Assembly: GCF_006345805.1 (NCBI RefSeq)
Contig: NC_043015.1
Coordinates: 34,534,001-34,598,000, forward strand
Length of the DNA: 64,000 nt
Reading direction: 5' to 3'
From: Octopus sinensis
Lineage: Eukaryota
Positions 25,443-39,201 of this stretch are shown piece by piece (position 1 is the stretch's first letter; each line of letters begins with the position of its first letter). Below the pieces are notes generated by a model. The model was not told the DNA's origin and made no database searches. It saw only the letters and a program-made list of their open reading frames with translations. A program made the translations under genes and the position numbers.

Positions 25443-28400
25443 TTTAAAATCTGTTGTATATTGAAAAATATATGTAACTGAAATGAGGATTTTTATGGGT
25501 TTGTTTTTATTGACCCTTCTCATTAAAAATGTAAGACAATCTGATAAATGAACTTGAAGGGTTTGATATTTTGTTATGAGAAAGTTCTAAAGTTATTAAC
25601 ACACTAACTTCGAGGGGTTCCAGCCATAGTTAATAACTGCTGAATCTCAAGTACAGTTTTATCATTGTATATCAATGGAAATAATTAATTTGAACGGATT
25701 AACTTGCTGAAAACTGTTTTGTGATGCAGTCAGAGGGAACATATTAATACAATGCAACAACAAATCTCAACTTTTTTTCTGTTACTGAATTAGGAAATAT
25801 TGTTTATCTTACTAAATTGGTGATGCTGAATTCAGATCTGCCAACCAAATTTCCCTACCTTGGTCAAATTTTATGTAACCAAAGACACGCACACACGCAC
25901 AATCTCTCTCTCCCTCCCTCTCTTTCTCTCTCCTTCTCTCTCTGTCCCTCTCTCTCTCTCTTTCTTCTTTTCTTTTCTTTTGCAGAAACACACTATGTTA
26001 CTATTCTGTGCCATGTTTTATGCTAGTCATGCTGAGATAATTGTAATAAGATTGTCTCTGCTCCTCTCTTCTGACTTCAGATGATCTTTTGAATTTTGCT
26101 GGTGAAGTAATTATTCCCTGTACATAACAATCTATCTTAACTACTTAAGTATTATTATGTTGTTACAACCAAAAGACAAAGTTTGCTGTAATCTTTTCTT
26201 TTGTTATTTGTGGGATGGAAACAGTGCCTTTCTGTGGGAACTAAAATTAATCACTCATCATATTCCATTGATGTCTGATTTCCATAACAGAGATCTGCTG
26301 GTAGAAGCTTCACTCATTATACACATTACTTACAGCCCTGAGCTTAGTAAGGAAGAAGAGAAGAATGCAAAGTATTGGAAGAAATTCTACACCTCCTCAC
26401 TTTCCATTAAGATTTCAGCATGTTACCCCACCTCCCCCAATTCATGATAATTTTCAAGTCATGTGTCCCTCCACAACAAAGATTTTAACAGCTTCAAGAA
26501 AAGACACCCAAATATTTATTTATGTTTGGAGCCTGGGAAATAATGAACCATAGATAACACTAGCCTCTAACTTTATATCTGTCAGTATTCTATTGAATTT
26601 ATTCTTTAAATATTGTAAAATTGTAAAACATTACCTTGACAATGCTTATCTTTTATGAAATGTTATTTTTCAAGAATCCAAGTTACAAGTGAAATGGTAC
26701 TCGATATATTCTCAGACTGTCAACTAATTCTGGATGTTGCACATTATATTAGCATATATGTTCAGTTCTAGATGGGTAGTCATGTTTTTTGTAGTGATTC
26801 TTATCATTTCTGTTATTCTGTTGGCAAAACAGTGCTTTGAGCAATCCGATCATAAACCAAGAAGAAATTATATAAATATTTCATGTTGGCTCTTTGTATT
26901 TGATGAACCTGAATCAGTAGTTTCATGGATTCATAAGTTTCATTAAGGCCACTGGAATATACTATAAGTATTGGGTGCAGGTAAAGGGCATAGACTTCAT
27001 CCCCTTTCGGTTATTTTTTGGGTTTTTTTTCTACAGTAACCCACCTTTTCGATTGCGGAGATTCCGAATCTGCAAAAAAAAAATCCAGTCCCACTCTCTG
27101 AACGTGGACAACATAAACCCGAAAAGAAGAGCTAGTCTACATCATCAAATATTGTCAGTGCTGCAGGTTTCCTCTCAGTTTCCCTCTCCTAGAGAGATGT
27201 TGTGGCAATAAGAGAGGAGCCTCTCACTCCCAGTGGGCCAACGATGTGCCTGGAACCAACCCAGTTATTTCCACATCCCCACACATACATACATACACAC
27301 ATCATCCTGGGGAGAATGTAGGGAGAATCAGAGAATCTGATGTGTCTCTTGTTTTTGTGTTTTGTAGAATAAACTCTCACATGGTTAGGTATCCTTCCTG
27401 TATCAAGCTTTTGGGCCAGAAAACCTTTTTGTTGTTGTAGTTTTGCAAAACATTTGTGTTCAAGATATGGTTCTGTATGCTGACCTATTCTAGTTATACA
27501 TGCAATTTTTTATCTTCTATAGATACATAACAAATGGCTTTGTTAATTAGATCTGAGTTAATGAACTGTAATATTTATAGCAAACCTACAATGCAAAATT
27601 ATTCACACTATTCTAAACAATTAATGAAATCCTTATTTTACAAAAATAATTGGATATTCACTTTACTATTCCAATAGATTCATAACTTCTCTGATAGCAG
27701 AAATGATAGGGTGATTATTTTGATATTTGTGTTTCTATTATAATACTAAATTTTTTTTTTGTATTTTGTTTTTTTGCTATCCTTTTCACAACTATTTGTC
27801 AAGTAGATTAGGAGAGGTTTTGAGCTATTTAAGTTATTTCTATTTTACACCTAAATGAAATAATAATAACAACAGTAACAATAACGATAATGATTAAATA
27901 ATGAAAAATATGAAATATCTAAAAATAAGTTAGGCATTATATTTTTGTTGTAGTTGTTGTTATTTTCATAATTATAATTTTAGAAAGATATCAGCCAGAT
28001 TATTGTGAACTGTTTCTTTAGTTTATTTCAGTTTATATATTTGAAATTCCCAGAAGAATTTTATAATGGTTTCAAATTAAATCTATCTAAAACATCTCAA
28101 AATGTATTCTTGGCAATTTTTATAAAACATAAACTGAAATTAAATAATTTTATAAAAGATAAAGATAAATAAATAGTTTCATAAAAGATACAGATAAGTA
28201 AATTTACCTATGTGTTGTCAACAATTTTATACATTTGATTCTTGTCTTTCTGCCATCCCTACCTATGTGTCACATTCAACTCCAGCATTAAATATTTTAC
28301 CCTTTTCTCTCCAGAATGGCATCATTTTCAAATTTCTCCCTCTCCATGTTCTCTGTTGCCATGAGCCTACAAACAATGAATTATATTGTATCCATGCAAG

Positions 28401-28589
28401 TCTAGAAGTGACAGAAAACCCGCTCTTCTTTAAATTAATTGACAACAATGAAAATTCAGGTCTAAATAGAAATCTTTAATTAAAGGATAGGAATAAACCA
28501 ATTTCTTTGAATTTAAGATCTGATGTTAGTGGTGTTGCTACTGTTATCAATGGTATTACAGTTATACATTTATAATATGCAATAACAAG

Positions 28590-28815
28590 TTTTAGTTATC
28601 TTTTACTTGTTTGTCATTAGACTACAGCCATGCAGGAACACTACCCTGAAGAATTTTTAGCCAAGTGAATCAACCCCCAGGATTCTTTTCGTTAAGCCTG
28701 GTACTTATTCTCTCTGTCTCTTATGCCAAACTGCTAACTTACAGGAGCATAAACATACCAACACTGATTGTCAAGCAATAGTGGGGGACAAGCATAGCCA
28801 CAAAGAGATACACAA

Positions 28816-28856
<41 letters not shown>

Positions 28857-28895
28857 CATATACATATGACAGGCTTCTTTCAGTTTCCATTTACC
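28590..28895 (-). mobile_element. tRNA-derived SINE family A, 5'-truncated
   Basis: TTTTACTTGTTTGTCATTAGACTACAGCCATGC...GCTTCTTTCAGTTTCC. Confidence 0.75.
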
Positions 28896-29478
28896 ATTTC
28901 GTCCGGTGTATCTCTTGATGCAAAGTGGGCAGTAAATCTTAAGAGGGGCTTTTGTAGACAGGAGGTATAAATAATTACTGCAGGGGACAGTTTGTCTTAA
29001 TATTAATTATGTGAAGGAGATGGACTACAGTGATTTTAAAATTGTACCTTTAATCGAGAGAAAATATGATTTTGTGATCCAGCAGGTGTATATATATTAT
29101 AGAGAGTTCATATTAAATGAAATGGCAACAAATGTATAGTTTTGTTTAGAAATTATTGCAAATAACTGGAAATTTTGATGAATTATGATAAAAATTATAA
29201 AATGATATTTCTCTTTTAGTGTCTTTTTATTTGATATTGAGAAAGTCATTGGAAATATTTTATTTTTAATTTTATTGTTATGAATAATTTATAAGATATT
29301 CAATCTTAAGCAAGAAGACATTGAGACTTCTCCGTATCATCATATTTGCTTGAAACTTTGTGGCTCCTTTCTGTCTACACTTGCCTCATAATTTCAGCCA
29401 TTCAATTTCATGCCATTAGTTTCTAAAGCTGGGCACTTATTAAAAGTTCATCTCTTCGTTCTTCTTTTCCTTCTTTAC

Positions 29479-29585
29479 TGTTGCCACTAACGAATATTGT
29501 TCTTTCTTCAACAGCAATTCCAACACATCTTTCGTTCTTCTGTCCATGTTAGGAAGTGGATATAGTGGAGAAGTGTCTTAGTGGT
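29479..29585 (-). CDS. Candidate exon (could start MDRRTKDVLELLLKKEQYSLVAT at ATG 29547)
   Basis: Strong acceptor TTTCCTTCCTTTGTTCTGTATTTTAG, donor GTAAAG, purine-rich with retained CpGs; product not recognised. Confidence 0.25.
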
Positions 29586-29835
29586 CTAAAATACAGAACA
29601 AAGGAAGGAAATTAGAAATATATTTATCATATCAAAGAAATATAGATGACAATAATATTATGTGAGTCAATGATGAATATATATATTACATACACATAAG
29701 GGGGATGACCACTTAGTGGTCATCCTTCTTATATGCATGTAATGTAATTTTTCTGAATCTTCAGATTTTTCTATATGCTAGACCACTGGTTCTAAATTGA
29801 TATTAATCAAATTAATATTCAATGTTTTTTACTCT

Positions 29836-29906
<71 letters not shown>

Positions 29907-30789
29907 ATTCAGAGGAAGAAGGAAAGATTCATAACTCTTCTCCAGCGTCTGTGTGACAGGTGGAGACCTTGTTGTATGTTTGACACCCAACAATTAGGAA
30001 TTGCTGTTAAACTAGATGGCATATTAAATCAATTACAGGAATGGTTTCTCTGCCAGGCTTCCATGCAGTTTCTGTTTACCAAATTTCACCAACAAAACAT
30101 TGGTTGATCTGAGGTTATGACAGCAAACATTTGTTTAAGCTGCTAGGTAAAAGGATTGAATTAGAATCCATGTGGTTGTGAAATGAACTTCTTAAACAGA
30201 CACTTATACCTTCTCTCACTAGAATATTGAAATAGTCACACTTGTTCTCTAAGTTGAACAGAAACTCTGGCCTCAAAACACCGCAAACAACAAGGTTGGA
30301 CTTCACCTTTATAACATTGAAAATGTTTGTTTTCATTATTTTTTGTGTTGGGTGAAGCAATAAATTTGTTCATCAGTAGTTAGCTTAAAGTTCTTCATAC
30401 ACATCACTACCACCACATCAACACTCCTCGTCACCACCACCATCATTGCTATCACTACCACTGCTGTCATCACTATCACCACTACTGCTGCTAACATCAC
30501 TTTAGCCACCATTGAGAGCTTTACTAATCAACGTGGGAGCATTTTCAGGGTTGATTTGATTCAATTATCTTCTACACCATCATCATCGGTGTTTTAATAA
30601 CTACCAGCTAGGCACGACAGTCATTGCTATTCTTTAATTTCAGACAAATACTAATTGAGCAGACTTATAATCAAATGCTATACAACCTCGATCATCTCCC
30701 TATTATATTCAAACAGGGAATCAAATGTGTCCCTTCTTTAAGTGGCAGGGTGACACTTGTGGAAGATTGGTCTGTTATTTCTATCAGAT

Positions 30790-31050
30790 GAAAAACTCAC
30801 AGACTGGTTCTCTTGTTGGCTCGTTATATGGGCATCGTATCTTCCTTGACCTTTCTCTTCCACAAATACTCACCACCAACAGCACTCACTTTTCAGCCAG
30901 TATCCTTTGTCAGTATGCATCACATACCCAAACCAATTTGTTTCTATATACCAAATTCCATACTGAACACCCTGATATGGTTTATACAGATTTCAAAAGC
31001 CATTTATGCAGTTTTCTCTTTCGTCATCAAATTTCTTTCTTGACTACAAA
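30790..31050 (-). mobile_element. Decayed RTE-type LINE ORF 3' remnant
   Basis: Minus strand NWFGYVMHTDKGYWLKS resembles WYGHVMHMDEDSCVKK at ~45680. Confidence 0.6.
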
Positions 31051-32772
31051 AGTGATTGTGTGTGTAACCGTATTAGAGATCTCCTCCAGATCAATAAATG
31101 CAGAGAAATAGCAGCCAAATCTCCCTCAAATCATTCCCACTTCGTTTGACACTGCAAAGAGAGCACAAAATAGTGAAGTCTTGTTTCTTCTCCCACTAAC
31201 CTCTTAATCATAAATTATTCCCAGCCCATTTTTCTCCACTCCTTCCAGACTGCTTTTCCTTCTTTTACTTAAACACTACCATATTGGTTATTGTCTAAGT
31301 GGGGCCCTACTCTATCTATAGAACTGTTAGCTAGCAACAAGTAATCCTTTACCAGCACTCAGCTGTCCCCTGTTTCTCATATTTATCCATCTCCTCCTCT
31401 TAAACATTGTTTAATAATTTTTAACCTTCACACTTTTCTTTGCCTTCTTGTCATATGTTTCTATGTCTGTCACGTCTCCAACTTAAAGTCAATAACCACG
31501 AATTATGTTCATGAGTTCAGTTCTCATCGGGGTGAGGTTTGATGTTCACAACCATCCAGCTTTCTCATTTTTTGCTAAGTACAAATACCAGCACCTGACA
31601 CATTGTAGATTTCTAAAGACTGCACACAATGAAGAACAAGGTTTCAGATTAGATTTGAGCCTTGTGATATGAAGCCATCAGAAATAGCAATGGAAGCATA
31701 AAGTCATTGATAGCATTAACAAAGAAATGAATTTGATACATTCCACCTGAAATAATAGATGTTACAGAGGTCCTTAATAAAACTGATATGACTACTAAAA
31801 TAACAAGGAACATTGACTGCATTGGGTTATCCGCTTGGAGGCTCAGATATCGAACTCATGTCCAACAGTTGTCTTCACTGAAGCTAATGGCAGCCTCCAT
31901 TTATTAAATGTTATTTACAAATGTTAATGTCTATTGTAGCGAAGATATATTTAAACTTTTTTCTGATAAAAGTAAGTTGTGGACTCTTAATCTTTAGTCA
32001 TGATGAATGTTATTTTAATGTCTTCTTTGTTCCTTGAATAATATTTATGTCTGGTTTTGGTTTATGACTGGATGGGTTAATTTTGGAACATTCCAGTTTA
32101 TTACATCAACGAGAGAAATAACCGACTGGTGATGTAAGCGAAAGCCATAGCAACTCAATAAACAAATTCTGTCAGTGTTTGTAAATTCAAATATTCTCAT
32201 GATGTAATCCAGCTGATCTACTCATATTACTGATAATTGAAGTGTTAAATAGAAATGTCTAACTTACTAATAATCCTTGAGCAAAATATTGATTAGAATA
32301 AAATAACACTGTGAAGTGTTTAATACAGATGAGCATTAAGACAAATCATTTCTATAGATGTAGGCTTCTGTTAATATTTGTCTTTCTACCAGATATTTTT
32401 CCTGCCCAATATCTTTAAATAAAATTTAGCTTGACAGCTATTTACTTATAAGTTACCATCTTATAGATTCCTACAAGTTAACATGACTAAGTGAATGAAT
32501 AAAAAGGAGAGTGGTGAAAGAGCTAGAGTCAGGCTGAACGGCATGATAGAAATGAGATTAAGTTGGAGGAAAATAAAATGACAAAAGCAAGGTGATCAAC
32601 AAGGGAGTAATGGAAAAGAAACAATGAAAGACAGCTACATGATGATTGTTGGTAAGGATATTGGATAGAAAACAATGAATGGTGCAGTAGGGAGAGATAG
32701 GAAGGAGATAAAGTGTTGGAAGAGGGGGAAATGAAAATGAGAGGAATGTATGTCAATGGTATGTGATAGAAT

Positions 32773-32805
<33 letters not shown>

Positions 32806-33798
32806 ACATGCACGTGAGAGAGAGTGAGAGGAAGAGAAATGTCAGTAATTAGTGATAAGGAAGTAATGGGTCTGAGAGAGAGAGAGAGAAAAACAGACAG
32901 ACAGAAAGACAGACAATTCATTAGAAATAAGGGTGATGGTAGAGCAGTTATTGTTCCATAGATGTATAATGGAAGATAGATACAATTGTGAAGAGTGATG
33001 GCAGGAAAGAGAAATTCAAGAGCATTCATCAGGAAATAGGTAACATAAGAGAGAATGGGAGTAATAGATAAGAGGGTAGTGAAGAAGAAGAGAGAAAATA
33101 GGGGTTTAACAGGAACATAAAGGTAAAAAAGACCCAAATATATTGTACTGACTCTAATATGTATGTATGGGTCAGACTGAATTGCCAGATGCCCTTCCTG
33201 ATGCCAACCCTCACTTGTTTTCAAGAAAGATTAATATTTCTTTTGGTCTGGACATGTTTTCAAGAAGATTAGAAACAATACCCTGTATATATATCAGACA
33301 ATGCAGCTGCACCTAAAAAGTGCCTCACAAGATATGCAGAAACTTCAGCCTGGCCGGGTGAAGTTTTTACAAAGACAAGCATTTGTCTCTGCATGCAAGT
33401 GTCCCCTCTCCACACCATTGGTATTGTTGAAAAGAAAGGCAAAGGGACCAATATCATTGCAGGTATTGCCATCAGAGCACAACCAGAAGAGATCTAACAA
33501 TTCCATTAATCTGTCGTCCTGAAGAGAGACTTCATGAATCAACCATGAAAAGATGGAAATAAGTTGACTTTGGCAGGAATTGAATTCAAAGTTTAGAGAA
33601 CTTGAACGAATTCTGTAAAGCATTAACTGAAAGCTCTAAGGACTTCACCAATTTGTAGTTTGAGAAATGTTTAAGGCTCGACACATATCCAAGCAGCTGG
33701 CAAGATTTTAGATAAATGTAAAATACATGTAAACTGCTATGATGTATCTATTGACAGATAATTCTGTTAATGTATTATGGCTAACTTTTATAGTTCAC

Positions 33799-33837
<39 letters not shown>

Positions 33838-34700
33838 TCATAAAAGTAACTTCAGTGTTATCTGTTCATATATGAAGACATAATCGTTGACAATTAATTG
33901 CAGTTTTTACAGCAATGTCATGCTGGAACCCATCAGAATATATTCATGCATCTCTGTAACTATATAAACAATACATATTTTTAATACATACATACACACA
34001 CACACACACACACGTCCATGTATGTATGCACTTATTTAGTGTGTTGACTTCAGCCAAGTGTAAGAACTATATAAAAGGCAAGATCACACAAACATACTCG
34101 CACACGTGTATATGCACATTAGATAAATACAGTTAACATGCATGATTGAGGTTTTATATAATGCTTTTATATATTTGATGTAGTCAATATATAAATATAT
34201 ATGATCAATGATTACAATACTAAATTTATTTTTTTATTCTATTTATTTGCTATAATAACGACAAGCACACACTTGCCTTCTCTACAAAATGCATTCTCTA
34301 TTTTACTAACAGATCAATTGCTTTCTGGGGTAATGATACTGAATTAAATATCTAACACTCTTTTTATTGTTCTTCTTTCTCCTGTATTGATCTCATGTAA
34401 TTAATTTGATTCTAACTATTGATTTTGATCATGTCATTGTCAAAACATATTCTCATTACCTGCTCAGTAAGGTATCTTAATCAATATGATTTTTCTTTAT
34501 TATGAAATGATAACATTTCTTCAAGTTCAGTATGAACAATTCCTCTGTGGTCTCTTATAAACCAACTTTGTCTAATAAAATATACATTCTATTAGCATTC
34601 TTTCTTACACATCCTCTTCAATTTTCAATGCTAGAGACTACTATTATATTTCTGTTAAGTCACTTATCACCACATCATCTGTTATTATCCCTGATCATCT

Positions 34701-34820
34701 CGCATCACTTCCTCTCCCAGCAGCCAATCACATCCACTCACGCATCACTTCCTTTCCCAGCAGCCAATCACATCCACTCATGCATCACTTCCTTTCCCAG
34801 CAGCCAATCACATCCACTCT
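34701..34820. repeat. 3 x 40 bp near-perfect tandem repeat
   Basis: Unit (C/T)GCATCACTTCCT(C/T)TCCCAGCAGCCAATCACATCCACTC(A/T) at 34701, 34741, 34781. Confidence 0.95.
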
Positions 34821-35244
34821 TTGTGCCACCATTTATTAATGACTGTTACTACTTTACTCTAGTTTTATCTAAATAAAAAAATATTTTCCATTTCACTGAG
34901 ATGGCCTGAACAAATGTTGAACTATTGCCACCATAATTGTCAACGTCATCGTCTGATATCTGGCTTGGAATATTTCACCAAAGAAACCCAGATTGTCTTT
35001 TGTCTCCAACTGTCCATAATGCTCTTGCTCTGAGCTCAGACTTCATTTGTTTGTGTTAACTGGTACATTCTTCACTGGGGAAGAACTTAGTATTGATAAT
35101 CAGCTGCCTATCCTTTATGAAGCCGATCTGAACTGCCCATTCATGTGATTGGTAGGTATTCAGATGGCTGGCAGATTTCCTGAAATGGAAGTTCATGGAG
35201 GGGACCATTCCTGTTCTTGAGAGATAAAATTAATCCATCATCTA

Positions 35245-36506
35245 TCAGGTTGGGTAAGCAATGTTTCGAACTATAAAGAATTTGCACTGGATTTTTGAAG
35301 TGTTTTGAATATTTTTTAAACATTTTTTTTTAAATTGTCTGATAATACAGACATAGACTTGTCCAAATGCATCAATAAATTAACATTGATATTTTTTCCA
35401 CTGTTGTTACAATCATCTGAAATGGAACTGTCAAAGCTCGATATTCAAGCAATTTTGCTACTGAACTTCAAAAATGGATGTAAAGCAGCTGAAACTGCTT
35501 GTGATATCAATGAAATGTTTGGTGCAGAAATGACCAGTGAGAGGTCAGCTCGAAAATGGTTTAAACGATTTCGCAGTGGAGACCTGAGACCTGAGCCTTG
35601 AAGATTGTGAGCGTAGGGCATGCAAATCTGTCATCGATGATGGTCAATCAAAGACCATCATTGGGAAAGATCCACATAAAACCACATGAGAACTGGCAAA
35701 AGAAATTCAAGTGAGCTAGAAAACTGCCTGCAACTCTTTGCATGTAATCAGAAAATCAATAAAGCTTGACAAATAGGTACCACACGATTTGAAAATTAGA
35801 AAATGCAAAGATATGAGATTAGCTCGTCGCTTCTTCTCCATAACCAGACCATTCCATTTCTCGACTGTATTGTAACTAGTGATGAAAAGTGGATTCTATA
35901 CAATAATAAAAAAGCGCTCTTTGCTGTGGTTGTGTCAAAATGAAGCACTAAAAACCTTCCCCAAACCCAAGCTCTTCAAAAAGAAGATTATGTTTGGTGG
36001 GGTACTGCTGGACCCATCTACTATGATTTCTTAAAACCCAGATAAACCATTACTTCAGAAACATATTGCCATGAAATTGCCAAAATGAATGAAAAACTTC
36101 TCTTCTGTCCCAGATTGGACAACAGAAGAGGCCCAATCATCCTTCATGGCAATGCATGACTACGCATTTCACTAATGTTGAGAGAACCTGGCTATAAAGT
36201 CCTTCCCCACCCAGCTTATTCCCCAGACCTTTCTCCTACTGACTACTACTTTTTCAAGGATCTTGATGGTTTCCTGTGCGAGAAGGAGTCCAAAAATCAA
36301 ACCGATGCTGAAAGTGCATTCAAAGAGTTCATCAGTTCCAGAACTCCAGACTTTTATGTTACTGGAATGAAAAAACTTGTAGCTCGTTGGCAAAAATGTG
36401 TTGATTGTAATAGTACTTACTTTGATGAATAAAATTTCCACATTTTTGAAAGATATTGTAATGAATTTCATGTTTCAAAACATTGCTCACTTTTTACTCT
36501 GCCTGA
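35245..36506 (+). mobile_element. Full-length (~1.26 kb) inactive mariner, Hsmar1/cecropia-like; transposase pseudogene 35422-36432
   Basis: TA-TCAGG...CCTGA-TA ends with shared GCAATGTTT core; MELSKLDIQAILL, RKWFKRFRSGD, VTSDEKW, LHGNA, PHPAYSPDLSPTDYYFF, KLVARWQKCVD; several stops and frameshifts, including a GACCTGA duplication. Confidence 0.95.
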
Positions 36507-37020
36507 TAGTTTAACACCGCCATTTGGGCTTTGGTTGTGTTTAGCAAAATCCATTCTGTTGCCCCTCAGTCTAAAGTCGACCACTTGACCTTTGACTACC
36601 TTTAGCAGAATTCGCTTTCTTGCAAGCGTTCAGGCCAAGACTTTTATCAATCTTGTGGATCTGAAATGTGTCACATTTCTTGCTGGTCTTCTTTCACTTA
36701 CTCATGTACATAAACATCTTGCTACTAATACATGTCTTATTTCTGGCTGTTCTAACATCTCTCTCTGTACTATCTGTGCAAATACAACTCTATACTATTT
36801 CTATTTATACTAATACTGTATCATTTCTATCTATTTCAAATACCTCGAACTAATATAAACATCTGTCTATTAATGTATAGATCTATTTTCTAAACCAGCA
36901 TCCTTCAACTGAACATCCTATAGTGTTCCCTACATCTTGCCTTCCTACTCATGGCAATACTATAGTCATATTATTGAAATTGTCCATTTAGTTGCTAATA
37001 TTTATCTAAATTGATTCCTT

Positions 37021-37235
37021 ATCATCATCATCATCGTTTAACATCCGTTTTCTATGCTGGCATGGATTGGACGGTTTGACTGGGGTCTGGAGAGCCAGCA
37101 GATGCACCAGGCTCCTATCTGATCTGGCAATATTTCTACAGCTGGATGCCCTTCCTAATGCCAACCACTCCGAGAGTGAAGTGGGTGCTTTTTACATGCC
37201 ACCAGCACGGAGGCCAGCAGACAAACCTGGCGTCG
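37021..37235 (-). mobile_element. RTE-type LINE 3' UTR copy
   Basis: CATCATCATCGTTTAACATCCG...CTACAGCTGGATGCCCTTCCTAATGCC. Confidence 0.9.
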
Positions 37236-37499
37236 ATCATGTTTGGATAGTTCTGGTTGTTTGGTTTGAGAACATATTTCTCCTTTTGAAAACATGCTTC
37301 TTATATCAGTCTTATAACAGGCTCTGGCTTATTCTTGATTGTCACCGTTGGAATGTTGGTAGTTGCATTGTACAGTCCCACTGCATACATCACAGTATAG
37401 CCACAATTTACATGCGTTGCTGTGCACTCACACTCTACATAACATCAACTGTCTGACAACTGCGTTTATTTTCTTTTAATCTTAATCTTTCACACATCA

Positions 37500-38200
37500 C
37501 TATTCTTTCTTGTGTAAGAAGTCAAAACTAATTTGAATTTTGCTATTCTTGAAGAACTCAGCATTATATTTTGAGGATAAGCTTTTTGGATTCTATGACT
37601 CTTCAGATACTTAGACAATGGAGTTATCTTCAAAGATCATAATGTTATATATAATATCTATAGACATTTTATTGGATACTTCTATAATGACTTTCAAATT
37701 AGACAGATTCCTTTTAGTCATGGGAATATCCATTATCTGAAGATTTTCTTAAATATTCAGTTTGGCTCCTCAAATTGTATGACTTGCTAGAAGTCAGTTG
37801 GAACAGTGTTTGTTATTCATTTTGAACACATTTGGACTCTGTATAATAATCTACCGTTGCTATAGTTATTATAAGTTAAGAATCTGTGTAATATCTACTC
37901 TGGCAGTAATACCTTCATAAATCGAATTCCCTTGTTCAGGGGTTTAAAAGGGGTTCCTGCAGAAGCTTTGTTTCCATTGTTAACTTGTTTTGGAAACATC
38001 TTATTCCTGCATTATTCTGCCACACATGAGAAACCTTAAAAAGATCTCCAAGATTAATGTAGTTCCTCTGCAGCAATAGAAACTGGTTCTTACTTTGCCT
38101 GGAACCTCTGCTCATATCGACACCATTTTGATAGAAGTTAAGACATAGTTCTTAATTCTTCTAAAGCAAACTTCTTTATTGAAGCTCCTGATTTTAGGGA
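37500..38200 (-). mobile_element. Possible very decayed Penelope-like ORF remnant
   Basis: Frameshifted YRVQMCSK and EYLRK..DNGYS resemble the R..ICS...E..YL...F..NGYP segment after the RT of Penelope-like elements; weak. Confidence 0.3.
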
Positions 38201-39201
38201 TTACCTAATATATGTGGATGGTCCTGTAAAGTGAAAGTACATTCACTATTGGTCCTTTTCTTTCTTTTCCAATCAACCAGCCACCTTTTGTCTCCTTTCA
38301 CCGCTCTCTTTTCGTTATTCTCCCTCCTTTTCTCATTTCCCAATTTTCTCTCATTCTTTTCTTTTAGTTCTCTCTCTTTTTTCATTCTTCACCTCTCCCT
38401 CTGCTCCACCATGCAGTGCCACATTATATCACAAAAACAAGTTACAAGATGACAGGATGACAGATTTATTGTCTGCCAAGAAAGAACCAAATGCCAGGTT
38501 CAGTGTCTCTGAAGAGAGAAAGCTAAAGCTAACCATTATAGTAATTGTTAGGAATCAATAGCTAATTAATTACATAAACTGTTTGATTAGTTCTGTTAGT
38601 ATTTGAAAAAGAAGTACTTTTGGTTTATTTTCCATTTATTATTTTCTCCTTATCCATTCATGGAGCATAAAAAACATTTTTGTGAAACAGAAAATATTTT
38701 CATCCAATTCTGTTTGTTTCTTAATGAATCCAACATGAAGCGGGAATAGCAAACAGAAATGTCAGAACCTTTTCATCAAAAATTCTTGCCTTTGTATATA
38801 CCTGGTGGTTGATGCTACCATTGATTGCTAGGAACATAAAAATTAAATTAGAACAACTCACCAATAGCACATTTGGATATTAGTGATATTTGAGAATGCT
38901 GTTTGCGTGTAGGTTTCACTTTAAGCATGTATTTCTGTTCAAATGTAAAACTGTTAACCTAAAATAATACAATTTGGCCAACTTATTTGGTTGAGGAATT
39001 GATATAACAAATATCGAATTATTAGTTTTGTAATTTCTCTATAGGTTTTCATTATATACACCCCTTTATTACTCAGTATCATATATGTGTGTGCATGACC
39101 AATGAACTTGGAAAGAGTATCATGGAGAGTATCTGGTGCATAGGTAATTCCTTTCACCATAGTATCTAGGGGACAATCAACTACCCTACGATGCTCCCAA
39201 G

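Noticed and set aside
27037-27170. Exon reading SNPPFRLRR (NPPF methyltransferase-like motif)
   Set aside because: Good acceptor but weak donor, no other MTase motifs, and a homopolymer makes the frame uncertain; a 5-residue match is expected by chance.
28317-28459. Exon after strong acceptor TTTTCTCTCCAG
   Set aside because: No convincing donor; peptides not recognisable.
33290-33500. ~67-codon open frame SDNAAAPKK...AQPEEI
   Set aside because: Length is within chance expectation for this GC-richer patch, it adjoins a repeat, and no domain is recognised.
34701-34820. CRISPR array (also 740-908, 11590-11780)
   Set aside because: Contiguous tandem units with no unique spacers, no cas genes, and a eukaryotic context.
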